A stretch of DNA of 64,000 nt from Octopus vulgaris (lineage: Eukaryota), in assembly GCA_951406725.2 (NCBI GenBank), contig OX597822.1, positions 24,366,001-24,430,000 on the forward strand, written 5' to 3'. Position 1 is the first letter of the stretch. Every line of letters starts with the position of its first letter. The notes beneath the pieces are model-generated. The model saw nothing but the letters and a program-made list of their open reading frames with translations, searched no databases and was not told the DNA's origin. Of this stretch, positions 27,331-42,185 are shown one piece after another. Position numbers and translations under genes: made by a program.

Positions 27331-27996
27331 ACCCAGAAAAAAACCAGTGTCTGCTTACTCCCTCCACAACACTAATCTCAAAAAGTCTATCTGAGGCTTT
27401 ATATAGCTATGGTGTGGCCTCACCTGGAATTTGCATCACTGGTCTGGAACCCCTATCTTGCCCAGGATATTAATCATCTAGAAACCATTCAGCGACCAAG
27501 AGAATACCCTCCATCAGGCATTTGCCATATTCTGAATGCCTTACTTCCCTGGGCATGGATACATTGAAACTCCAACGTCTGGCAGCTGACTTGGCAGACA
27601 TCCATAAAATTATTAACCGGCTTACAAACAATAACTCTGAGCACCTTTTCAAACTCCACCTGTCTAACACCTGTGGACATGTTTACAAAATCAGAAAACA
27701 GCACAGCTCCCATGACTTTCGGAAACATTTTTTCACGCTAAGAGTTGCTGAAGCATGGAACAAACTGTTGGCATCAGTTGTTAGTTGTCAGAGCACTGCA
27801 TCCTTCAAAACTTCCATGCTTCCTGAGATTCGTCAACACTACACCTGATTTTCTCCCCTCCATACACACGCAAGCATGTATCTGACTCATACACTGTTCA
27901 CTTCCCAGACATTTGTACATTACTACATATGCTTTATACGCACTTTTGACAAGTTGCGGTGCACCTGAGCACTGTATACACTAAATTCAATTATTA
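27331..27996 (+). mobile_element. CR1-group LINE 3' end (ORF2 C-terminus plus 3' UTR), nested in a family A SINE
   Basis: LYIAMVWPHLEFASLVWNPYL..., ORF 27522..27848 LPYSECL...GHVYKI...RKHFFTLRVAEAWNKL. SINE halves lie on either side. Confidence 0.85.
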
Positions 27997-29648
27997 TAAC
28001 TGGTGCTTAATTTTTTGACCCAAAAGGATAAAAGGCAAAGTTGACCTTGGCGGAATTTGAACTAAAAATGTAAAGCCAGACAAAATGCCACTAAGAATTT
28101 TGCCCAGCATGCTAATGATTCTGCCAGCTCACTGCTTTAACAACAATAATAACGGCTCCTTAATTAACCACGAAGAATTTACTAAAAGATTGAGGATTGT
28201 ACAAAATGATACAATACTATGTGGGGTTACATGAAAATGGGTAAACAGTAAAATAAGGATAAGATCTGAACTCAAAATGTAAAGGGGTGAAACAAATACT
28301 GCAAAGCATTTTTTCCCCTGAGTTCCAATGGTTTTGCCAGCTTTTAACATTAATAATAATTCTTTCTACTTTATGCATAAAGCCTGAAATTTTTGAGGGA
28401 AGTGGCCAAGTCAGTTATGTCAGCCCCAGTGCTTGACTGGGACTTGTTATATTGACCCCTGCACAAAAGGATGGAAGGTAAAAGTCAACTTTGATAAGAT
28501 TTGAGCTCAGAACATTAAAGAGTCAGAAATGGTTTCAAATTTTGACACAATCCAGGCCAGCAGTAGTGGTGGGGTGCTTAGTCAATTACATTGACCCCAA
28601 TACCTGACTTTATTTTATTGACCGTGAAAGAGTAAAAGGCACAGTCAACCTTAGAAAAATTTCATCTGAGAATGTAAAGAGCCAGAACAGAGACTTGCAA
28701 AGGTGGCGAGCTGACAGAAACGTTAGTGGTGAGCTGGCAGAAACGTTAGCATGCCGGGCAAAATGCTTAGTGGTATTTCGTCTGCCGCTACATTCTGAGT
28801 TCAAATTCCGCTGAGGTCAACTTTGCCTTTCATCCTTTCGGGGTCAATTAAATAAGTACCAGTTACGCACTGGGGTCGATATAATCGACTTAATCCGTTT
28901 GTCTGTCCTTGTTTGTCCCGTCTGTATTTAGCCCCTTGTGGGCAATAAAGAAATAAGAACAGAGACTTGCAAAGCTTTTTTTGTCCGATGTTCAAACTAA
29001 TCAGTCAGTTTGCTTTCTTAACAATAATGATGATGATGATGATGATGATACAATTATCAGTACATCACTAAACGAGTTTAATTTTTATAAATATTTTAGA
29101 AAGTTTGTAATGTATTGATTAATTAAAGACATTAAAGTTGAATCACTTTCAAAAATAATGTAATTATTTAATTGGAAAGTGGGTGGACGATAAGGTAGTA
29201 GTAATAACAGTAGTAATGGTGGTGGTGGTGGTGGTGCTGATTGTTGTTGCAGTGGTTGTAATGGTAGTGATAGGAGCATATGAGAGAAGTGTAAAGAATG
29301 AAATAGTTTGGAAGAGCTAGCAGAATGATGATGATGATGATGATGATGAAGAAGGAGGATAATGAAGGAGGAGGTTAAAATTAGAAAGGAATGAACACAC
29401 CACATACACACAAACACAAACACCCAGACAAGAAAATCAAAAGAAAACAAACAGTAAAAAAAAGTAGAATTGAAAGAAAAATTTTAAATACATAATTAAT
29501 GATAGAAGATTGTAAATGAAGAAAATGGCTGATCGTTAGTAAGGAGAGACACACAAATAAGAAAGAAGAAAGCAAAGGACCACTGATGAGGTCACAGAAG
29601 TGTGACAAAAGAACTCTGGCTGAAATAAGATGAATGTAAAAATTGATG

Positions 29649-29685
<37 letters not shown>

Positions 29686-29900
29686 CAGTTATTGCCAAGC
29701 TAATATGGCAGTCCAGAAATATAGGACGAATGCTGCCGTTGATTAGCTCCAAGAGGCCATCATTCTAGCTAGCTATGTTACACACGAACCTGTGTCCATT
29801 ATAACCTTTGAGGTCAGTTACACACTAGGGTCGATGAAATCGACTATCCCCCTCCTCCAAATTTCAGGCCTTGTGCCTATTGTAGAAAGGTTTACTATCA

Positions 29901-29938
<38 letters not shown>

Positions 29939-30145
29939 TTTGTTCATCATGTACATGTGTATTCAATATTATTTTATTTATTCTATTCAAGTGCAGAAAA
30001 ACAAAAGCTTGTCATTAACAATTCCAGAATGTATTGGATTTATTTAGTGAAAGACCCACCTTGTATATAAACATAATAAAAAAAACAGGGGCAAGGTAAA
30101 GTGTCACACACAACATCTGTTTTTTGCTTATTATCTCTATGTATA

Positions 30146-30179
<34 letters not shown>

Positions 30180-30834
30180 TCATTTCCATATGTCTTTATA
30201 AAACCAGCTGAGTTAAAAGGTGTGTTTGTTTTGTTTTCATTCTCCAGTGAGCAAAGAACAAAAATAGCTTCAATTTCAGTGATTTCCTTGTTGAGAACAA
30301 ATAGAATGAAAGTAACTTTCATGTTAAAAGAAGAAAAGAAAAGCAAGGATTAGTAATGGGAAGAGCATTTCACCATAAAGAAAAAAAAGCTGTGTCATGA
30401 AGTTTCGTCTAACAAACAAAAAAAAACAAAATAAAAGATGTAAAAATGATGATGATGACAATGATGATGATACATTACTGTTTTACTTGTTTCAGTCATT
30501 TGACTGTGGCCATGCTGGAGCACCGCCTTTAGTCGCGCAAATCGACCCCAGGACTTATTCTTTGTAAGCCTAGTACTTATTCTATCGGTCTCTTTTTGCC
30601 GAACCGCTAAGTTACGGGGATGTAAACACACCAGCATCGGTTGTCAAGCGATGTTGGGTGGCACAAACACAGACACACAAACATGTACACACACATACAT
30701 ACATATATATATATACATATATACGACGGGCTTCTTTCAGTTTCCGTCTACCAAATCCACTCACAAAGCTTTGATCGGCCCGAGGCTATAGTAGAAGACA
30801 CATGCCCAAGGTGCCATGCAGTGGGACTGAACCC

Positions 30835-31178
30835 GGAACCATGTGGTTGGTAAGCAAGATACTTACCACACAACCACTCCTACGTCTACATTATGCACAA
30901 ATTTTCTGAATTAAATTTGTTAACGTTGTTAACTTTCCTTAGCAAAAATGAAGTGAATCAAGAGGCTCTTATGCATTTTTGCTTCATATCATTACCATCA
31001 TTCAGCGGAACCATGTGGTTGGTAAGCAAGATACTTACCACACAACCACTCCTACGCCTACATTATGCACAAATTTTCTGAATTAAATTTGTTAACTTTG
31101 TTAACTTTTCTTAGCAAAAATGAAGTGAATCAAGAGGCTCTTATGCATTTATGCTTCATATCATTACCATCATTCAGC
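30835..31178. repeat. 172-bp direct tandem duplication
   Basis: 30835-31006 and 31007-31178 differ at about 4 positions. Confidence 0.92.
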
Positions 31179-32119
31179 ATCCATGTTCTATGCTGGCATG
31201 GATTGGATGGTTGAATGATTGGGTATGATCTGACAGGTCTGAGGACTACATTCTGTTCCACTGCCTACTTTGGTAGGATTTCTACAACTCAATGCCCTTC
31301 CTGATGCCGACCATCTTACAGAATGTAATGGGTGCTTTTTTTTTGTGATGACTAGTGAGGTCATCAAGGAGCTTGCAAAACAAGACCTCTTGGTCCAGGG
31401 GTTGGGGTTGAGAGGTGGGAAGATAAAATTGAAGAAGGTGGCCTATGCCAGGTTTTGAGAAGCAAGAGAACAATAGAGGAATAGCTATGGGTGCCTTGCT
31501 GCAGAAGAAATATATGGCTATAAGGCAATGAGCTGGCAGAACCGTTAGCACGCCTGGTGAAATGCTGAGCGGTATTTCGTCTGTCTTTACGTTCTGAGTT
31601 CAAATTCTGTCGAGGTCGACTTTGCCTTTCATCCTTTCAGGGTCGATAAATTAAGTACCAATTATGCACTGGGGTTGATGTAATTGACTTAATCCCTTTG
31701 TTTGTCCCCTCTGTTTAGCCCCTTGTGGGCAATAAAGAAATAAGAAATATATGGCTATGTCTACTGGAAAAGGAGAGAAGATAGTGATGATGAGGTGTCA
31801 GGGTGATACTAAAAAGTTTTCAGTGTCCTTGTTTTTCATAGAGACCTCCTCCCCCACTTTGGCACAGCCTCAACAACACAGATATTGAGAGATGTGGAGT
31901 ATGTGAGTGACATGTGGGAGAGAAGATGGGGGCAAAAGCAATACAATTATTGATATAACATCAATCAATAATAGCATTGCTTTCACCATGCTCATCCCAT
32001 CCAACTAGTAATGTTGTTCTGTGTTTTTGTTGGAGTTTTTTTAATTTTTTATTTTGCACTAGTGCAACTAGGTGGAGGGAGGGAGGGAGGGTGGCATATA
32101 AGTCAGACATTTAACATTG

Positions 32120-33370
32120 CTGTTGCTGTAACAACAACCACAACCACAACCACCACTGCTATCACTATCATCATGTGCCTCCCTGCCAACTGTCATACCA
32201 ATTTTATATTGGTACCACTAGAAGTGTCTTAGTAGGACTTCTCAGCATTGTTGTTGTACTACTACCACCACAACTATCTTCACCAATGATTGCTACCAAT
32301 ACTACAACCTTTACTATTACTAATCACTATCACTACAGTCAGTACTTTGGCCACCATCACCACCACTACTTTCAAAACTATAATTACTACCACTGCAACT
32401 ACAACACAATCGCTACCACCACCACCACTACCACTACTACTACATCTGCCACTATGAAATATCAGCACTGTAATCACCATTATGATGCCTCTCACTACCA
32501 TCCTCATAACTACTACTACTACTACTACTACTACTACAGCCACAACTATTACTACACCATCATCAGTACCTCTACCATCATTACCACCACTGTCACTATC
32601 ATCATCACAACCACCACCACCACTATCAACGACGAGCACCCCCACCGCCACCACCACCATTACAACTGTTTCCACATCTGTAACCAGTAACTAATACTTC
32701 GTTTGGTATTTAAGGAAACAAGATGGCATCTGATGTGTTACCTTCCCAGTGGTAGCTCTCTTATCAATACTGTTCCCCTCCAGAAACTCTACAGAAATTA
32801 CCACCACCATCACTGCCACTGCTGCTGTTATCAATAACACCATTATTACTAGCACTAAATACCACTGCCGTCAGAGAAGCACCCTGACTATGCTAACTAG
32901 TGCACTAACACCACAACCACCACCACCACCACCATCATCACTACCATAACCAGCAGTATTGTTACTACCACCACCACCATCACCAATATCATTATGAACA
33001 CTACCATCACTACTACTACAACTACCACCACCACCACCACCATCACCTGTACCCCCACCATAATACCATCACCAAAACCATCAATATCACCAACATAACC
33101 ACCACCACCACCACCACCACCATCCTACCATAACCAGCAGTATTGTTACTACCACCACCACCACCACCAATATCATTATGAACACTACCATCACTACTAC
33201 AACTGCCACCACCACCTGTACCCCCACCATAATGCCATCACCAATATAACCACCACCACTATCTCCACCAGTGATGCTATCACCAAAACCACCACAACCA
33301 CCACCATCACCAATACCATCATGAATACCGATGTTACCACCACCACACCATCACCACTAACAACAACAAC
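32120..33370. repeat. Low-complexity (ACC/ACT)n region with an internal duplication
   Basis: Directly visible; ~32940-33010 recurs at ~33125-33195. Confidence 0.85.
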
Positions 33371-33579
33371 TTCTACACAGTTGATTGCCCTGCTAGAAAT
33401 AGCAACCAAATTTTTCTAAAATCACACTTTACTTACTGACTTGGAAAAAGGGAAAGACATGTTGGAGAATGTTTTCTTAAATAACCTTAAAAGGACAGGA
33501 TGGTCCTAGTTGGAATGTCCTTGATCAAAAGTCTGCTCAATCAAGGCTGGCCAGGGGCTAAACAACAACAACACAATAT

Positions 33580-34200
33580 TCCCACTACTACTACTATTGC
33601 TAACAAAACTACTATTATCAGCACTACTACTACCACCAATACTGCAGTCAAAGCTACTACTACTACCACCACCACCAATACTGCAGTCAAAGCTACTACT
33701 ACCCCCAATACTGCAGTCAAAGCTACTACTACCCCCAATACTGCAGTCAAAGCTACTACTACTACCAATACTGCAGTCAAAGCTACTACTACTACCACCA
33801 CCACCAATACTGCAGTCAAAGCTACTACTACCCCCAATACTGCAGTCAAAGCTGCTGCTGCTGCTGCTACTACTGCTACTGCAGTCAAAGCTGCTGTTAC
33901 TATTGCTACTGCTACAGATAAAAACACTACTACAACAACTACTACAGATAAAAACATATCTACTACTAGTACTACTACTACATATACAAACATATCTACT
34001 ACTACCACTATTGCCACCAATGCAATCAAATCTGCTGTTGCTGCTACTAATTATACTACTACCACCACGGCCACTTCTGTTACTGCAATCAATGCCACTA
34101 CTACCAGTACTACTACTAAATAACAAAAACATATCTACTACTACCACTACTATCAGTAAGAACATACTTTTTACTACTGCAGCTACAACCACCACCACCA
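33580..34200. repeat. Minisatellite AATACTGCAGTCAAAGCT(ACT)n(ACC)n
   Basis: About 7 clear units of 30-39 bp, degenerating rightwards. Confidence 0.9.
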
Positions 34201-36088
34201 CTGTACAGTACTTCCACCAACACCTCTGTCGGGGATCATCCCCTCCTTTACTCCCTCCCTCCCACAAAAATACTATTGAGCAAACCTTACCAATTTCTTT
34301 AAGCATAATAGTTGTTGTTATAGTAGACTGCAAGGTGGTAGAATCGTTAGCACACCAAACAAGATGCTTAGTGGGGTTTCATTTGTCATTATTATTCTGA
34401 GTTCAAATTCTGCTGAGGTCGACTTTGCCTGTCATCTTTCTGGGGTGGGGGGGATCAATAAGATAAGTACCTATTTTTTTACTACCCATAAGAAGCTAAA
34501 CACAGAGAGGACAAACAAGGACAGACAAACGGATTAAGTCGATTACATCGACATCAGTGCGTAACTGGTACTTAATTTATCGACCCTGAAAGGATGAAAG
34601 GCAAAGTCGACCTCAGTGGAATTTGAACTCAGAACGTAACAGCAGATGAAATACGGCTACGCATTTCGTCTGGCATGCTAACGTTTCTGCCAGCTCACTG
34701 CCTTATAAAATAAGTACCATTTGAGCACTGGGGTTGATGTAAACAACCAGCATCTCATTCCTGTAAAATTTCATGCTATGTTCCTACAGTAGAAAAGGTT
34801 TTAGGTGGTGAGCTGACAGAATTGTTAGCTCACTGAGCAAAATGCTTACTGGTGTTTCATCCGTCTATGTTCAGAGTTCAAATTCCGCTGAGGGTCAATA
34901 AAATAAGTACCAGTTGAGCACTGGGGTTGATGTAATCGACTTAACACCTTCCACCATTATTATTATAATTATTATTTTTGAGTGAGAGAGCAGTGCATGC
35001 CATCAAAGTGACACTGGGGTAAAATATACGAAGCCCAGTATACCCATCATGACTACCTGGCTGATAAGGTACACCAGGCACATGCATCACGACCATATAT
35101 GTGCAACATGGTGATCTCATATCAAGATAAACAGCACATGAACTTGTAGGTGGGGCCTAGTTAGAATTTTCTTCTAGTCGAGTAACCCATCCCACTCAAA
35201 AGGTCCCTGACTAAGGGTTGTTTAAGGATGTTGAATGAACCACCCATATTTCCAAAGGTGAATTATTCAAACCTCTAAGAATCCCTCTCAACACATGGCT
35301 ATGATGCTCTCCCACTACTTCTGCTCGTGATCAGAGATGCGCATATTGTCAGCCACCAAGGGACATGCTCAACTGGTTATGGTCAAGCAACTGACAAGCA
35401 AATCTGTGGTATTGAGCAGAATATTTGTTGTAGCCCATCTTTTATACCAAGACAAAACAATGTACATGATAACACTTCCAATCAATTAAGATCAGCAGCC
35501 ATGAGAGCCATTGCCTGGTACAGCATTATTATTATTATTATTATTAGGAAAGGCTGTGTTTATATGCCAGGAGGCCATGGCAAAAGTTGTGTGGTGGACG
35601 AGATTGAAGGAGCTGAAGACAAACATGTTTCTCTTTGGCCAATCCATGATGAACTACTACATGTTTCTCTTGAAAAGGAAAATAAGGGTAGAGAGGGAAG
35701 CATTGTCTTCTGGTCAGTTTGCCGAAAGGTGAATGAAAGTGGTGAGAATGGTACGAGTGAATGGGCCAGCCCTAAGCATACACCTGTAGTTGGAAAAAGG
35801 AAAGGAGATGAAAAAAGGCACCTGCCCTAAAAGTCAGGGCACCCATGTTTTTATGGGGTTTTTCCATGAGCAGTCCTCGAACGTATCTTCCCTATTGAGG
35901 ATAACATATTGTTGATAATTTTTTTATTTTAAAATTTTATTTAGTCTTGTTTACATGCAAAATCCTCACAACTACACACAATCACACAGATACACACATT
36001 TTTGTTTTGTCCTGTGCTGTCCATGTTTTTTGTCATGTAAACCCTTGTGGTTAATAAAGAAATCATTATTATTATTATTATTATTATT

Positions 36089-36440
36089 ATTACCTCCACC
36101 TTAGTGAAGGCAGAGGTATTATTCTCAGTTGTGTTTGTTTGTTTATCCATGGACAAGATATCTCAAGAACCACTAGATGGATTCAGATGAAACTTTCAGG
36201 GATGCTTGGCCTCGTGACTGGCACAAACTGATTACATATTGGGATCAATCTGGTACTGGACAAGGATTCCGGATTATTTTTCCTCTTTTTTTACTTTATT
36301 TTTTAAGAGCGATCAGGTTCATTTTTAGTATTCTTGTTTGTGAGAGCAGTTGAGTTCTCATTTTAAAAATCATCTCTGGCTAATTGTTGAGAGGGTATTA
36401 GTGTTGCCTTGGTGGAAGTTTGCACTCTCTGAGTGCTCTT
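36089..36440 (+). mobile_element. Helentron/HINE-like non-autonomous element (second copy ~48838-49207, -)
   Basis: 5' TTACCTCCACCTTAGTGAAGGCAGAGG hairpin, a (TGTT)n tract and 3' GCCTTGGTGGAAGTTTGCACTCTCTGAGTGC; two copies in opposite orientation. Confidence 0.6.
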
Positions 36441-36717
36441 TTTATTATTGTTATTATTATCATTCTCCTTAGCATGCCTGAGGAGACTTTCCACCAACTG
36501 CATTGCCTGTAACCGAGAATCCTCTTCCCCCAAAATTTCAGGCCTTGTGCCTATAGTAGAAAGAATTATTGTTGTTTTTTAGTCCCAAGAGATTGATCAG
36601 AGATTGAAGCTGTTTTGTTTTTTCTGTTTTTCCCCATCATAGTCTAACCAGAACTACATTATCCGATGTATTTTTTTTTTTTACACCTTTTTATAACATT
36701 GATTTGAGCTGATTTAA

Positions 36718-36926
36718 CCCTTTCGTTACCAACCCGGCTGAAACCGGCTCTGGCTCTGAGTACAAATGTCTTGTTTTCATAAGTTTTGAATTAAAATTTT
36801 CCACCAAACCTTAGTTCCTAACACTAGCTTAATGATAGCTAAGTTATTTTACTAAATTCTTTGTTATATTTAAAGTAATTGAAACAAAAATGCAGAGCAT
36901 CTCAAAAAAATACAGTAACAAAAGGG
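36718..36926. mobile_element. piggyBac-type MITE
   Basis: TTAA|CCCTTTCGTTAC...GTAACAAAAGGG|TTAA: TTAA duplication and 12-bp TIRs with one mismatch. A degenerate relative lies at ~20270-20495. Confidence 0.88.
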
Positions 36927-37518
36927 TTAAGGAAAACGTTTGGCTGCTATTGTAGCATGTTGTGCAACCACTTAGAGGCTCGCTCTTAGGTTTGTCAGTA
37001 TATATATAGTAATGTCTATAGCTATATATGTTTATATTTCTCTATCTACATTATAAATATATACCTATGTCTATCTATCTATCTATCTACTGACCTAGCT
37101 AACCTATCTATCTGTGTGTGTGTGTTATAAGTGTCCCTATTATTCTAATTACTTACACTATCAATCTCTCTCACTCCTACTCCAAAATTCTCTATAAGAC
37201 CTTCATTGTTCCGGAAGTTTTCTGCAAGAATCTTGAGAATCATATCATTATTAAGGTACTACAGTAAACTTTCCCCCTCCCCCACCCATCCTATTTTATC
37301 CCTCCCCCCTCTCTCTCTTTGCATATATATATCAAAACAGGAGTTTGGAAAATTCTTTGGTATTCTCCAGTTCTGATATTTACTCTACAGAAAATATTTC
37401 CCAGAATTTTCAACTCTTATGCATACCTCACACAAATATAACGCCTACATACAATTTTAGAGTACTGGAATAATCAGATGTGCTTCATGAAGACATAGCT
37501 AAGATTTTAACCCTACCT

Positions 37519-37603
<85 letters not shown>

Positions 37604-37703
37604 ATATATATATATGCGTGTTTGTGTGTGTATATATCTATCTATCTATATTTATCTATATATATATGCGTGTGTGTGTATATATCTATCTATCTATCTA
37701 TAT

Positions 37704-37736
<33 letters not shown>

Positions 37737-38193
37737 TACATATTTTGTAATATCTATTTTCTCCCGTCCCATCACCTTACTCTCCATTCTTCATCCTCTC
37801 CTCCCACACACATCATCAAAGAAAAAAAGAAAGAAGGAAGGAAAAAAGAATGATTCCTGAATATAAATGCAAACTTCAAAATTACTGCATAGTAGTAGTA
37901 GTAGTGATGGTGGCAGTTGCGGTGGTGGTGGTGGTAGTTCTTCCCTGCCACCTTGCCTCCCAGCTGACGTTTGTGGTGTCTATTTCCCTACTGTAACCTT
38001 TACACAGGAAACAAGATTTCTGTTTTGTCTGATTGAAGCCTCTTTAGGTCGAAAGGACAGTTCTAATTAAATGCCTACACAAGGAGGAGTTGTTACAGTT
38101 TGGCAAGTTCGTATCTGTCTTGAGGAAGGTGAGGTGAGGTGGGAGATGAGGGAGGGCAGGTGTAAGAAGAGGGAAAAGATGCACGCATGTGAC

Positions 38194-38224
<31 letters not shown>

Positions 38225-39607
38225 AGGGTGGCGAGCTGGTAGACACAGCGCGCCGATCGAAATGCTTGGCGGTATTTCGTCTGCCACTACGTTCTGAGTT
38301 CAAATTCCGCCAAGGTCGACTTTGCCTTTCATCCTTTCGGGGTCGATAAATAAAGTACCAGTTTCGCACTGGGTCGATGTAATCGACTTAATCCCTTTGT
38401 CTGTCGTTATTTGTCCCCTCTATGTTTAGCCCCTTGTGGGCAATAAGGAAATATATATGTGTGTGTGTGTATGTGTGGTTTCTTAAACTAAGGTTTTTAC
38501 ATCCATCTCCTTACTCACCCTTCTGCTTCTCCTATCAATCTGAGAAGAAGCTATTTAATACAAGTTATTTTATACAAGCCTGCTTTGCTTGGCACCAAAT
38601 TCCTGCAGTATTTTGGCAAATGAGGGACAATTCTCCACCCCCACTCACCTTCCACACACACACACACATATGAACAGTTCCCAACAACTGATTAGAATAA
38701 AATCATTCAGACAACACACTCCAGTCTCTAACCCACAGATTGTGCTTTTTGCCCCTCTCTCGCTCGCTCTCTCTGTCTGCCTTTACTAATGCTGCTACTG
38801 TGGCCTCTGTTCTCCACAGCTGACCAGTCTTATGTCACTCTGGTACTCTGAATTACAAGGAGCTCAGTGGTAGTTCCACTCAGGTACTCCAGACTCACTT
38901 ATCTCTATTCCTTTTGTTTCCCCTTTATATTATGTCTCCCACACCTCAGGCCCTTACACTAACCACTCACAACATCCAGTCCTTCTTCCCACCAAATGTC
39001 AACCTTCTGAAGCTCCCTTTCCTGTTTATACATTTCCTGCAGTTGTCAGTTTGCAACAGCTTAACTACAGCATTACTGGGCCACATTCCTACTTGTCATC
39101 CATACTTCTTTCTTATCATCATCCTCTGCCAACAAGTTATATTAACCCCATTGACCCTGTCCCATATTCATTGTATTCATTCCCTTGGCTGTGGTTAAGA
39201 TGCTCATTTTCCAACTACATGGTTTTGGGTTCAACCCCACAGTGTAGCACCTTGGGCAAGTGTCTTCTACTGTAACCCCAAGCCAACCTAAGTCTTCTAA
39301 GTGAATTTGGCAGATGGAAACTGTGGAGAAGCTCATCGTGTGTGTGAGAGAGTCTGAATGTGTGCCCCACCATTTGGCAACTGATACTGATTTGCTAACA
39401 TTCCAGCAACTTAGCAAAAGGGTTAACTAAATAAGTACCAGACCTAATAAGTACTGGTACTGATTTGTTCGATTAAACCCTTTAAAGTGGTGGGTGCTCC
39501 AGCATGACCAGAGTCCAATGACCAAAACAAGTAAAAGATAAATACATCTAATACCCTCCCTTACCCCATATTTATATCCATCTCTCACTCTCCTTCTTAC
39601 TCTCCCT

Positions 39608-40155
39608 GAATGAATGAATTCCAATATTCTAAGTCTGGGTTTGTCCCCGTTAATGGGGGTGGCCGGGTCTACCTCACTCTTACAGCAACCACTCTCACAC
39701 CATCTCATCTGGTTTTGGGTGTCCTCCCTCCTCAAGCTAACCCTCCCAATCTCCTCCTCCACGGTTTCTTTGGTCGACCTCACTTTCACGGTTCATTTTA
39801 AACTCAAGCACTCTCCTCAGAACATGATCCTCATCCCTCCTCAACGCATATCCATACCACCACACTCCATTTGCCCTTGCCAGCTGTTCCACTGATTCCT
39901 CCAACCCCAACATCCTCATCATCAAGTCCTCAGCTCTCCCTTTATCCAATAGCTTCACACCACACACTGCTCTCACCATTGCTCTCTCGGTCCTCAAAAT
40001 TGCCATTTTGCTTTCCCTCAGACACCATGTCTTGCTCCCATACAGCACTGCAGATCTCGTGCAACTCCAATAAACCCTTCCTTTCATCTTCAAGGAGAAC
40101 CTTTTCCCTGATTCTTCTATCTTCACACACTCATATATTCACCTTCTTGGACTTG
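39608..40155 (-). mobile_element. RTE-group LINE 3' end
   Basis: ORF 39737..40126: FSLKMKGRVYWSCTRSAVLYGSKTW...ERAMVR...WYGYALRR...VLRRVL; short (ATTC)n tail. Confidence 0.85.
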
Positions 40156-42185
40156 TTGATTTGAGGGTACATTCTGGTACCACCATGATTATCAATATCA
40201 TGATCCTCATCATCATATGCAAATGCTGCAATGAGTGATAAGTTCCCAGTGAACCAAAGTTAGTGTCACAGTTTCAATTCTCTGCTGGAATGGTTTCATA
40301 TCATTTACATGTCTTTGGGTAAGATATATACATCATAACTTCTCTTTTACCTCCTTTTCTAAATATTATCATCATTATTATTATTATACTAGCTTACCAC
40401 GTGCCATCAATAATAACAAATAATTGTAGTATTTTATATATAAATAAGGTACATAATAATCACATATACAAACATTCACATACTTCCCTTGTAAATACAC
40501 ACACAGAGTTGAAACGCTGATTTTTTCACCCCTTCCTTTCTTTCACTCCCTCTCAGTCAGGGCTATTACTCTCACTGCTTCTCCTTCACTGAATTACTAT
40601 CTTCTCTCCTCCTTTATGCCCAGAATGATTCTGGACAAGTATATATTTATATATATATATATATATACATACATACACACACACAAACAAATATATAAAA
40701 AAATAATACTCTCATTACTATATTAGGAGATTTCTGTTTCTTTATGGTCTGAGGTCAACTTTGTCTTTCATCTTCCTGGGGGTCTATGAAATAAAATACC
40801 AGTACCTCACCACCACTATATTTACCTCACTTTTGAGTACCCCTCCACCCTCCCGTCAGCCTATGTAAAATCCAAGCTAGCCACAAATCTCCTCCCCAAA
40901 TAATGAAACTCTTCCTGCTCCTCTGATCATATGCTAAACCACCCTACACCCCACATAAACTGACCAGCATATCTCTTGTTCTCCTTCTCAGTTAAGGGAG
41001 CTCTTTAGGTCTTGTCAGTTACAAGGTAACCTCACTGGTGCTCATGCCATGAAAAAAAAAATAAATAAAAAAAAACAAAAGTATCCAGTATACTCTGTAA
41101 AATGGTTGGCATTAGGAAAAGCATCCAGTCATAGAAACGGAGACACTGGAACAAGACATTGTCCTGCAACTTATTGTCTTTTAACTCACTGTCAAAACAT
41201 CTAACCCTCTAACCCATGCCAACATTGAAAGCTGACAAAAAAAATTAGTGATGCCAACAACAATGATAGTGATGACGGTGATGTCGGCTTACTGAATACC
41301 AACTACTGTTCATTTTTCCTAAACTAAGAAGGTGATTAACGCTGCTTCTGTTGCTTAATCACCTTATAAAAAGCTAAAAATAAGTCTTAAGTCATTATTC
41401 ATACCTAGGAGCGCAAACAATAAATGACAAGTTGTCATCTGTTGGTCAGACTGATACCCTAATTAGCTTGGTCAACTGATACTCTCATAAAGTTACACCT
41501 ACCACCACAACCACCATGGCCATAACTCACGCTACCACAACCACCACCACCACCACTCATTTTCTTCTATTGTTTTCCATTAGAAATCTCTGTTAATCAC
41601 CCATTTAGGAATATGCCTGATGATGAATCCAATTATATGTCTATGAATAGAACTGTGGTAAGAAAGGAAGATTGTGAATAATATTTTACTTTTTTTTCTT
41701 TTAACCACAATTGCATCATCATCATCATCATCGTTTAACGTCCGTTTTCCATGCTAGCAGGGGTTGGACGGTTTGACCAGGGTCTGGGAAGTCAGGAGGC
41801 TGCACCAGGCTCCAGTCTGATCTGGCAGTGTTTCTACAGCTGGATGCCCTTCCTAATGCCAACCACTCCAAGAGTGTAATGGGTGCTTTTTACATGCCGC
41901 TGGCATAGGGGCCAGGGTAGGCTGGCAACGGCCACGATCGGTTGGTGCTTTTTATGTGCCACCAGCATGGAAGCCAGTCAAGGCAGTGCTGGCATCGGCC
42001 ACGTATGGATGGTGCTTTTTAGGTGCCACCAGATGATACAGAAATCATTATCACCATCACCATCATAATTTTAATGTCTATATTTCCATGCTTGCACAGG
42101 TCAGACAGAATTCATTGAAGCAAATGTCCTCTGTCCAAACAATGCCTTTCCTGTTACCAACCTTTACCTGATTCCAAGCAAAGTA

